Assembly: GCA_031551405.1 (NCBI GenBank)
Contig: JAVBNQ010000006.1
Location: 62,001 to 119,628 of the forward strand
DNA: 57,628 bases
Direction of reading: 5' to 3'
DNA from: a bacterium
Lineage (GTDB): Bacteria > RUG730
The notes under the pieces: generated by a model
Told to the model about the DNA's origin: nothing
Seen by the model: only the letters and a program-made list of their open reading frames with translations
Database searches by the model: none
In this document: positions 10,415 through 18,110 of the stretch, in pieces
Position numbering within the stretch: the first letter of the stretch is position 1
Layout: each line of letters opens with the position of its first letter
Made by a program: the position numbers and the translations under genes

Positions 10415-11179
10415 TTATAAAAATTCTCTCTTTTGATCTAAATCTATTATTTTATTTGGGATTTCAACAAATTCATAAGCTTTTACATAATCAATTTCAA
10501 AAGTTTGAGGGAAACTCTCGTCGTCAATGCCTTTGCTTTCCCCCCAAGTTCCGCCGATTGCCAAGTTCAGAATAATAAAAAAAGATTGATCAAAAGGCCA
10601 TTCATCATTTGTATCGGAATTTCTTTTTAATAAGGAAAATACCCTGATTTGGTCAATATAAATATCCAAGTATTCATTAGTCCATTCAACTGAATAAATA
10701 TGAAATTTTTCGAGATTGTTTTCGACGTAAATCCTGCCACCGCGCTGTTTATTAACCGTATGATTTAATAATCCGGTGTGAAGCCAAAAATTTGAAAAAT
10801 TTGGGTTATAGCCGACATGCTCCATAATGTCTATTTCACCGCATTTTGGCCAACCGACTTTTTTTATGCTGTCGCCGAGCATCCACGCCGCTGGCCAAGT
10901 GCCAATTCCGGCTGGAACTTTAGCTTTGACTTCAACTCGACCATATTTTAATGAGAATAAACCTTGAGTATCAACTCGGCCGGAAGTGTATTTTTTATGT
11001 TTATAAGTTTCTTTTTTTGCAATCAAAAACAATTTTGAGTCTCTTACTTCGACATTTTTTGGCAAATAATATTGTTCCTCATTATTGGCAGGATTTCCTT
11101 CGGTAATAATATTCCATTTCGAACGGTCAAGAACGTTTCCGTCAAAATCATCAAAAAATATTAATTTTAAGTTTTTCAT
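10415..11179 (-). CDS. GH16 beta-1,3-glucanase (laminarinase-like), no signal peptide
   Basis: NNEEQYY, YTSGR, WPAAWMLG, WPKCGEIDIME catalytic ExDxxE, ILNLAIGG. Confidence 0.92.
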   Translation of the reverse strand: MKNLKLIFFDDFDGNVLDRSKWNIITEGNPANNEEQYYLPKNVEVRDSKLFLIAKKETYKHKKYTSGRVDTQGLFSLKYGRVEVKAKVPAGIGTWPAAWMLGDSIKKVGWPKCGEIDIMEHVGYNPNFSNFWLHTGLLNHTVNKQRGGRIYVENNLEKFHIYSVEWTNEYLDIYIDQIRVFSLLKRNSDTNDEWPFDQSFFIILNLAIGGTWGESKGIDDESFPQTFEIDYVKAYEFVEIPNKIIDLDQKREFL

Positions 11180-11191
11180 ATTTCGTACCTT

Positions 11192-11812
11192 TTAAGTAAA
11201 ATTTGGATTTCTGTTCTTTTTACGCCAATAAAACGGATTTTGAAAGTTTGGTTTGTCGATTTCTTCGCTAGCAGCCAGCACAATTGCGTCGATATCTTCT
11301 ACTCCTTTGTTCTTGTAAAAACTAACGGTTTGATAGCCGAGGCCTGCTCGTATTATTTTTACTGCCAACAGTTCGCCGTCGACATAAATATATCCGAGTG
11401 TTCTGCCGTATCTGTCCTCTTTGAGCGCGATATAAAAGATTTCTTGTGCTTTCAATATTTCTTTTTTTGTGAATTCTGAAGCTTCTTGACCGAGATATTG
11501 ATCGTGGCTAAAAATCCCATCTTCGCCGTGACTCACCTCAGGCGTATCAACTCCCAAAAATCGTACAACCGTCGTAGAATCGTTGACAACATACGAAATC
11601 GTGTCTCCGTCTCCAAAAATAATAGAATTTTTATCTAAATAAATTTTTTGGTATTCTGCGGCAAAAAGCTTTGTAAAAGTCAAAAAAAACAGCAAAATAA
11701 ACGCGTAGGATTGAAGATGATTAAAAGGAGAAGTGTTTTTTTTGAGAAATGGAGATTTTGAGTTGGAATTTAACGTTTTTGTGAGGGATAATTTACATTG
11801 AAAATTTTTCAC
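11192..11812 (-). CDS. Thermonuclease (SNase) family protein, probably exported (start uncertain)
   Basis: DGDTI, VRFLGVDTPE, DRYGRTLGYIY; hydrophobic signal-like segment. Confidence 0.85.
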   Translation of the reverse strand: MKNFQCKLSLTKTLNSNSKSPFLKKNTSPFNHLQSYAFILLFFLTFTKLFAAEYQKIYLDKNSIIFGDGDTISYVVNDSTTVVRFLGVDTPEVSHGEDGIFSHDQYLGQEASEFTKKEILKAQEIFYIALKEDRYGRTLGYIYVDGELLAVKIIRAGLGYQTVSFYKNKGVEDIDAIVLAASEEIDKPNFQNPFYWRKKNRNPNFT

Positions 11813-12548
11813 CGAGGTACACCTTCCTAGCCTGTTCGTTATTAATTAAGTCCTGAGCAGTTCCTTCCAGCAGAATTTTTCCCTCGCAAACGATATAAGC
11901 TCTATCGATCACTTCGAGTGTTTCTCGCACGTTGTGATCTGTAATCAAAATTCCAAATCCGCGTTTTTTGAGCTCAAAAATGATTTTTTGAATGTCGTCA
12001 ACAGCTATCGGGTCTATGCCCACGAACGGCTCGTCCAAGAGTACGAATTTTGGCGTATTGACTAGCGCTCTGCAAATTTCTACACGTCTTTTTTCACCGC
12101 CGGAAAGCGAAAAAGCAATCTGCTTTCTGAGGTGGCTCAAATTTAGATCCGTGAGAAGCATATCGAGCTTTTTTTTCTTTTCTTTCCTTGAGATCGGCAA
12201 AAATTCGATAATAGCCATCACATTTTCTTCGACGGAAAGTTTCCTGAAAATCGACGGTTCTTGAGATAAATAACTAATTCCTTTTTGTGCTCTTTTGAAC
12301 ATGGGAAAATTCGTAATGTCTGTTTCATCGAGGAAGATTTTTCCGGAATCAGGCTTGATCATCCCGACTGTGGAATAAAAAGTCGTGGTTTTCCCGGCTC
12401 CGTTTGGTCCCAAAAGTCCGACGATTTCGCCTTGTGACACATTCAAACTCACGCCTTTTACAACGAATTTTTTGCGATAACTTTTATAAATATTTTGTAC
12501 GTTCAGATTCAAAATTTTTTCCTTTTTTGGCAATTTTTTTAAAAGCAA
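11793..12548 (-). CDS. lptB: LPS export ABC transporter ATP-binding protein (true start may be a few codons downstream)
   Basis: GLLGPNGAGKTT, LSGGEKRR, LLDEPFVGIDP, LITDHNVRETL, VYLGEKF. Confidence 0.95.
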   Translation of the reverse strand: MLLKKLPKKEKILNLNVQNIYKSYRKKFVVKGVSLNVSQGEIVGLLGPNGAGKTTTFYSTVGMIKPDSGKIFLDETDITNFPMFKRAQKGISYLSQEPSIFRKLSVEENVMAIIEFLPISRKEKKKKLDMLLTDLNLSHLRKQIAFSLSGGEKRRVEICRALVNTPKFVLLDEPFVGIDPIAVDDIQKIIFELKKRGFGILITDHNVRETLEVIDRAYIVCEGKILLEGTAQDLINNEQARKVYLGEKFSM

Positions 12549-12561
12549 AATTTGCTGTTCG

Positions 12562-13191
12562 TTAAAATACTAATGCTTCGAAAATTTTTTTTACTAAATC
12601 ATATTTTTTTGTTTTTGCAAAATCTACAATTTTTCCGTCTTTTGAAATAAGTTTTGCCGCTGCTTCGTCGAGTCCCATGCTTTCTTCCATCTTGTTTGCT
12701 ATGATAAAATCCAAATTTTTTTTCTTTAGTTTTTGTTTGGCATTTTCTAGCAAGTTTTCAGTTTCAAGAGCATAACCGATTAAGATTTGATTTTGCTTTT
12801 TTGAGTTTGCTAAAGTTTCTAAAATATCGACAGAGTTTTTTAGTTCTAAACAAAAATTGTTTGATTTTTTGATTTTTTGCTCGGAAAATTTGAGCGGCTC
12901 GAAATCGACTACTGCAGCGACTGAAACAAAAACGTCCGCCCACTCGAAATTTTGTTTAAGTACGTTGAACATTTCATGATTTTTTTCCGCATTGAAAATT
13001 TGAAGATTTTGATGGATAGGATACTCGAAATCTACTTTCCCAGAGACAACTCTCACATTGTAATTTCGCTCGAGGCAAGCATTGACCCACGCAAGCCCCA
13101 TTTTCCCCGACGAAATATTGCTAATATATCGAACAGGATCCAGAAAAACTTTCGTTGGACCACTAGAAATCAAAAAGTTTTTAGGTTTCAT
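12562..13191 (-). CDS. coaB: Phosphopantothenate--cysteine ligase (stand-alone CoaB)
   Basis: GPT...DPVRYISNISSGKMG, AAVVDF, KIKK, GYALET, IIAN. Confidence 0.9.
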   Translation of the reverse strand: MKPKNFLISSGPTKVFLDPVRYISNISSGKMGLAWVNACLERNYNVRVVSGKVDFEYPIHQNLQIFNAEKNHEMFNVLKQNFEWADVFVSVAAVVDFEPLKFSEQKIKKSNNFCLELKNSVDILETLANSKKQNQILIGYALETENLLENAKQKLKKKNLDFIIANKMEESMGLDEAAAKLISKDGKIVDFAKTKKYDLVKKIFEALVF

Positions 13192-13196
13192 AATTT

Positions 13197-13739
13197 TTAA
13201 TCAAATATTGCGCAAATCGCGTCGATGATTTTGTCTTTTGGAGCCAGTTTTCCAACTCCATCTTTCCCGCAAGCTAGGATACCTATAGCAGGATCTATGA
13301 ATTTCACATCAAAATTTTTGAGTTTTTGGATGTTTTGCTGAGTTATTTTGTGATTGTACATATTAGAGTTCATGGCAGGTGCGATGAGAACAGGCGCTGT
13401 ATTTGACAGAAAAAAAGTAGACAAAAAATCGTCAGCAATTCCAGTAGCAAATTTTGCGATAATATTAGCAGTGGCAGGCAGGATCAAAAATAAATCGTTT
13501 TGATCAGAAAGAGAGATGTGTTCTATCTCGTAGTCCGCGTCGAATAAGTCGGTAATTACATTGTTTTTTGAAAGAACTTGGAGAGTTTTCGCCGATACGA
13601 AATGATTGGCAGATTTCGTTAAAATGCAGGTAACTTTTGCACCCTGTTTTGTCAAAAAACTCACGATATCGCACGCCTTATAAGCAGCAATGCTTCCTGT
13701 AATCCCAAACACGATATTTTTATTGTTTAGTTTGTTCAT
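13197..13739 (-). CDS. coaC: Phosphopantothenoylcysteine decarboxylase (stand-alone CoaC)
   Basis: GITGSIAAYK, HISL, PATANIIAK, APAMNSNM, LACGKDGVGKL. Confidence 0.92.
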   Translation of the reverse strand: MNKLNNKNIVFGITGSIAAYKACDIVSFLTKQGAKVTCILTKSANHFVSAKTLQVLSKNNVITDLFDADYEIEHISLSDQNDLFLILPATANIIAKFATGIADDFLSTFFLSNTAPVLIAPAMNSNMYNHKITQQNIQKLKNFDVKFIDPAIGILACGKDGVGKLAPKDKIIDAICAIFD

Positions 13740-13762
13740 TTTTGCGTCTTTAAAAATTAGAG

Positions 13763-13996
13763 TTAGGCGATTTTAATATTTTCTTCTTCTAGGAAATTTT
13801 TCACTTCTTCAACTGTGATTTTATTATCGGACAAACCGGATAAAATTTCTTTTATTAGATCAGTCAAAATTACTTTTTTATTCATTTTTTCTCTGTCTTT
13901 TTTGGCTTTTTTTAGAAGCAAAAAAACGATATTTACGAGCTCATATTTTGAATATTTGTTTACCAATTCTTTGTTTTTGTCAATTTCTGAATACAT
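13763..13996 (-). CDS. rpoZ: Probable divergent RNA polymerase omega subunit
   Basis: 77 aa; SKYELVNI resembles the omega N-terminal motif; conserved gmk-rpoZ-coaBC synteny. Confidence 0.55.
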   Translation of the reverse strand: MYSEIDKNKELVNKYSKYELVNIVFLLLKKAKKDREKMNKKVILTDLIKEILSGLSDNKITVEEVKNFLEEENIKIA

Positions 13997-14007
13997 GAAA
14001 AACTCCT

Positions 14008-14571
14008 TTATTTTTGGTTTTCTTTTGAAATTATATCTTTTAAAATTTTTATTGAGGTGTTCAATATATCATTTTTTACGACATAATGATAGAGATTTAT
14101 TTTGCTTAATTCGGTTTTTGCAGTTTTTAGTCTAATTTCGAGAGATTCCAGAGATTCTGTGTTTCGATTTTTTATGCGCTTTTCAAGTTCTTCCAGGCTT
14201 GGCGGCGCTATGAAAATATAAACTCCGTAATCGATAATTTTTTGTAAATTTTCGGCGCCTTTTGTGTCGATGTCAAGAATTACGTTTTTACCTGATTTTA
14301 AAGTTTTTTCGACCCATTCTCTCGGCGTTCCATAATAATTTTGATACACTTCCTCCCATTCTAAAAATTCTAAGTTTTTTATTTTTTGTTCAAATTCGTC
14401 TTTTGTAATAAAAAAATAATCTTTTCTATCGATTTCAGTATTCCGTTTTTGTCTCGTCGTGCAAGAAATAGAAAAAACATTGTTTTGATCTTTTAAAATT
14501 TCTTGTAAAATAGAACTTTTTCCAACTCCAGAAGGACCTGAAATTATAAATAATTTTCCCTTTTTTTTCAT
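14008..14571 (-). CDS. gmk: Guanylate kinase
   Basis: SGPSGVGKS P-loop, SISCTTR, DYFF, FLEW, YYGTP, FIAPPS. Confidence 0.96.
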   Translation of the reverse strand: MKKKGKLFIISGPSGVGKSSILQEILKDQNNVFSISCTTRQKRNTEIDRKDYFFITKDEFEQKIKNLEFLEWEEVYQNYYGTPREWVEKTLKSGKNVILDIDTKGAENLQKIIDYGVYIFIAPPSLEELEKRIKNRNTESLESLEIRLKTAKTELSKINLYHYVVKNDILNTSIKILKDIISKENQK

Positions 14572-14788
14572 GTTTTTGTTTGTTTGTTTTAAAAAATTTT
14601 AAGTTAATTTATATATTTTTAGTGATTTTTTTTCAAGTATTTTTCATTATGTTCTACAGGGAACAGCTGCTTTTTTTTTGTAAAAATAATTTTCGAGAAA
14701 AAATTTAATTAAAAAACAACCAAAAATTGGTGGAATTTTTTTGATTTTTTTCTAAAAACCTCGTTATAAAAAATAGTTTTTTTTGTTC

Positions 14789-14816
14789 TTGACTTTTGTG
14801 AAGAAATATATACAAT
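14789..14816 (+). promoter_or_regulatory. Sigma70-type promoter of the speD operon
   Basis: TTGACT-N16-TACAAT upstream of GGAGG RBS and speD ATG. Confidence 0.55.
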
Positions 14817-14850
14817 TATAAAATCTTTTTTTCCTGGAGGGTAAAAGTAG

Positions 14851-15240
14851 ATGAAATCATTAGGGACTCACGTTGTAGCAGAATTTTATGATTGCAATTT
14901 TGAGATCATAAAAGATGTTAAAAAAGTTGAAGAGGCAATGGTGCGAGCAGCTAAAGCAACAAATGCTACGATTGTAGACGTGATATTTCATTCTTTTAAT
15001 CCGTATGGCGTGAGTGGAGTGATAGTGATTGCCGAGTCGCATCTCGCGATACATACGTGGCCAGAATATGGATTTGCGTCAGTCGATATTTATACTTGTG
15101 GCGATGAAGTCAAACCTTGGAAAGCGTATGAGTTACTCGAAAAGGAATTTAGGGCTCAAAATGTATCGGTTATGGAGATGAAGCGAGGAATCATGAAAGT
15201 TCCTGCGAATTACGAGTTAAAACATAAAATTACGAAATAA
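14851..15240 (+). CDS. speD: S-adenosylmethionine decarboxylase proenzyme (SpeH type)
   Basis: GVSGVIVIAESHLAIHTWPE cleavage motif, DIYTCG. Confidence 0.95.
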   Translation: MKSLGTHVVAEFYDCNFEIIKDVKKVEEAMVRAAKATNATIVDVIFHSFNPYGVSGVIVIAESHLAIHTWPEYGFASVDIYTCGDEVKPWKAYELLEKEFRAQNVSVMEMKRGIMKVPANYELKHKITK

Positions 15241-15347
15241 AAGCAACATAATTCTTGCAGTTTCGAGAAATTTAAAACTTTATTAATCGTGTAAAAAGTT
15301 TTGAATTATGTCGATACTAGAATATTTGAAAAAATTGGGTTAAAAAG

Positions 15348-16268
15348 ATGTTTAAAAATAATTGGCTGGAAGAAAATTTTACGCCGTACGAAAAACATTT
15401 ATTTAAAATCAAAAATGTTTTAGTAGACAAAAAAACTAAGTTCCAGCAGATGATGCTCGTTGATATGGAATTATACAAGAGATGTTTGATTTTGGATGGA
15501 GAATTGCAATCGTCGGAATTAGATGAATTTGTGTATCATGAATCGATTGTTCATCCGGCTATGATTTTTCATGGGAATCCTGAGAGAGCTTTGATTTTGG
15601 GGGGAGGAGAAGGCGCGACTTTGCGAGAGGTTTTGAAATATAAATCCGTAAAAGAAGTCGTTATGGTCGACATTGATGGCGAAGTAATTGAATTTTGTAA
15701 AGAATATTTGCCCATGTTTCACAAAAATTCGTTTTATGATGAGCGCGCGAAAATCGTTATTTGTGATGCGAAAGATTATATTTTCAATAAAAATGAAAAA
15801 TTCGACGTAATAATTTCAGATTTGTGTTGTCCGATTGAGGATAGTCCAGCAGCCAGTTTGTATACAAAAGAATTTTACGAGGTTTTAAAGACTCATCTAA
15901 ATCCAGCTGGTTTATTCTTGGTTCAAGCTGGTCCGGCAGAAATTCCTCAGTTTCGACTTTTTAGCTTGATAAACAAAACTTTGCGATCAGTATTCCCGGA
16001 AGTTTTTCCATTTAGCATTACTGTCCCGTCGTCTATAGTGTCCTGGGGATTTCAGCTTGCCTCATTAAACCCTTCTCGCGATCCTTTAGCAAATTCTGAC
16101 TTTGAAATAGATACTTTGATTAATCAGAAACTTTTCGTTAATGATCTAAATTTTTACGATGGAATTACTCACAGGCGAATGTTTAGTTTGCCTAAGCATT
16201 TGCGTAAGTTATTAGATGAGGAAACAGAAATAATCGCAGAAAAAAATTTGCATTTTCTGTTCAAATAA
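15348..16268 (+). CDS. speE: Polyamine aminopropyltransferase (spermidine synthase)
   Basis: LILDGELQS, YHESIVHP, LILGGGEGATLRE, MVDIDG, FDVIISD. Confidence 0.95.
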   Translation: MFKNNWLEENFTPYEKHLFKIKNVLVDKKTKFQQMMLVDMELYKRCLILDGELQSSELDEFVYHESIVHPAMIFHGNPERALILGGGEGATLREVLKYKSVKEVVMVDIDGEVIEFCKEYLPMFHKNSFYDERAKIVICDAKDYIFNKNEKFDVIISDLCCPIEDSPAASLYTKEFYEVLKTHLNPAGLFLVQAGPAEIPQFRLFSLINKTLRSVFPEVFPFSITVPSSIVSWGFQLASLNPSRDPLANSDFEIDTLINQKLFVNDLNFYDGITHRRMFSLPKHLRKLLDEETEIIAEKNLHFLFK

Positions 16269-16274
16269 AAATTA

Positions 16275-17738
16275 ATGGAAAAATTGAATCAAAATAAGAC
16301 TCCTTTATTCGATATAGTTTTTGAACACGCTAGGAGAAACGTGGTTTCATTCCACACGCCCGGGCATAAAAACGGGAATTGTGTTGATCAAAAGTTTTTG
16401 GACTTTCTCGGGCAAAATGTTTTTAAAGCAGATCTAACGGTTTTTCCGGAGGTTGACTCGCTGCACGATCCTGTCGGAGCTATTAAGGATGCGCAGGATT
16501 TATATGCTGAGCTTGTTGGAGCTAAGAATACTTTTTTCCTGGTCAATGGTTCGAGTATGGGAAATCAAGCGATGTTGTTGTCCGCATTGAATCCAGGTGA
16601 TTCCGTTATAATCTCTAGAAATGCCCACAAATCTGCGATGGGCGGTATAATTTTGTCCGGCGTTTGGCCAATTTGGCTCGAGCCTAAGATTGATCCTGAC
16701 TTTGAAGTTTTTTTTGATAGTTCGCCTGATCAAATCGAGAGAGCTCTTCTTAAATTTCCTGAAGCAAAAGCAGTTTTTATTACTAATCCGACTTATAATG
16801 GGATTTTGACGGATATAAAAAAGATTGCGGAAATTGTGCATGATTACGGAAAAATTCTTTTAGTCGACGAAGCTCACGGTGCGCATTTGGGATTTAGTGG
16901 CAATATTGCAAAATCTGCAGTTGCTCTCGGAGCTGATCTCGTCGTTCAGAGCAGTCACAAGACTTTAAGCGTCTTAAGTCAAGGTTCAGTTTTGCATTAC
17001 AATACAGACAGAATCGATCTTAATCGAGTGAAAAAAGTTGTGTCACTTTTGCAAACTACAAGCCCAAATTACGTGATTATGTCAAGTCTAGATGTAGCTA
17101 GAAAGCAAATGTTTGAACGCGGAAAAGAGCTAGTCGACAATATGATAGAAAATGCAGATTACATTCGGAATAGAGAGAACGAATTTCAGAAATTTAAATT
17201 TTTAAAACGAGACGCGTTACAAAAAAAAGGGTATGATTTAGATCTCACGAAAGTGACTGTAAATGTTACCCAAACCGGTCTTGAAGGCCAAGAAGTTTCT
17301 GAAATTTTAGCGAAAAATTATAATATTCAGTTTGATTGCGCGGATTTTTTTAATCTGATAGCTATACTCGGTGTTGGTACGAAAAAAAGTGATATTGATG
17401 CTTTGATTTCAGCTCTAAAAGATATTGAAGAAAAATACTCTGGCAATTTTGTTGCAAAATCAATCAACTTACCGTCGTTAGCTACAGAAATGGTTTTATC
17501 TCCTCGAGAGGTGTTCTTGCAAGCTGATACGGAATTGATCGCTATCGAGGATGCATCGGGGCATATTAGCGCTCAGAATTTGACTCCATATCCTCCAGGA
17601 ATTCCTGTTCTTATTCCCGGCGAGCGAATCACTAAAGAAGTGTGTAATTACCTTCAGAGTTTGGATGCAAAATCTATCCGCGTTTCAGGTCAAGAAAATA
17701 ATAAACTTGATTTTTTGAAGATCGTTAAAGTCGATTAA
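16275..17738 (+). CDS. speA: PLP-dependent arginine/lysine/ornithine decarboxylase (Bacillus SpeA type)
   Basis: FHTPGHK, VNGSS, RNAHKS, VDEAHG, QSSHKT (PLP Lys), TTSPNY, PYPPGIP. Confidence 0.85.
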   Translation: MEKLNQNKTPLFDIVFEHARRNVVSFHTPGHKNGNCVDQKFLDFLGQNVFKADLTVFPEVDSLHDPVGAIKDAQDLYAELVGAKNTFFLVNGSSMGNQAMLLSALNPGDSVIISRNAHKSAMGGIILSGVWPIWLEPKIDPDFEVFFDSSPDQIERALLKFPEAKAVFITNPTYNGILTDIKKIAEIVHDYGKILLVDEAHGAHLGFSGNIAKSAVALGADLVVQSSHKTLSVLSQGSVLHYNTDRIDLNRVKKVVSLLQTTSPNYVIMSSLDVARKQMFERGKELVDNMIENADYIRNRENEFQKFKFLKRDALQKKGYDLDLTKVTVNVTQTGLEGQEVSEILAKNYNIQFDCADFFNLIAILGVGTKKSDIDALISALKDIEEKYSGNFVAKSINLPSLATEMVLSPREVFLQADTELIAIEDASGHISAQNLTPYPPGIPVLIPGERITKEVCNYLQSLDAKSIRVSGQENNKLDFLKIVKVD

Positions 17739-17768
17739 AATTTTTTGTTATTAAAAGGAGGATTACCA

Positions 17769-18107
17769 ATGGAAAAAAAATTTTTAGATGAAATTAAGAA
17801 AGATTTATTGAAAAAAAGACAAGATTTGGTAGCCCTCGTCAGCAAAAATAACGAAACGAACGAACGAGAAGTCGGGGATACCATAGATGTTGCGTCGGAT
17901 TCTGCAGAAAGGGAAATAATGTTCGAACTGAACGATTATGAAAGGATTTTATTGAATGATATCGATAATGCCTTGAATAAAATCGACATGAATTTATATG
18001 GAAGATGTGAAAGTTGTAAAGCAGATATCTCTGAGCCTAGACTCAAAGTTTTGCCGGCAGCGAGGCTTTGCATAAAATGCCAAGAAAAATCTGAAGCAAA
18101 GAAATAA
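17769..18107 (+). CDS. dksA: DksA/TraR family C4 zinc-finger transcription factor
   Basis: GDTIDVA (DxxDxA), YGRCESC...RLCIKC; AAGGAGG RBS before ATG 17769. Confidence 0.8.
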   Translation: MEKKFLDEIKKDLLKKRQDLVALVSKNNETNEREVGDTIDVASDSAEREIMFELNDYERILLNDIDNALNKIDMNLYGRCESCKADISEPRLKVLPAARLCIKCQEKSEAKK

Positions 18108-18110
18108 ACT

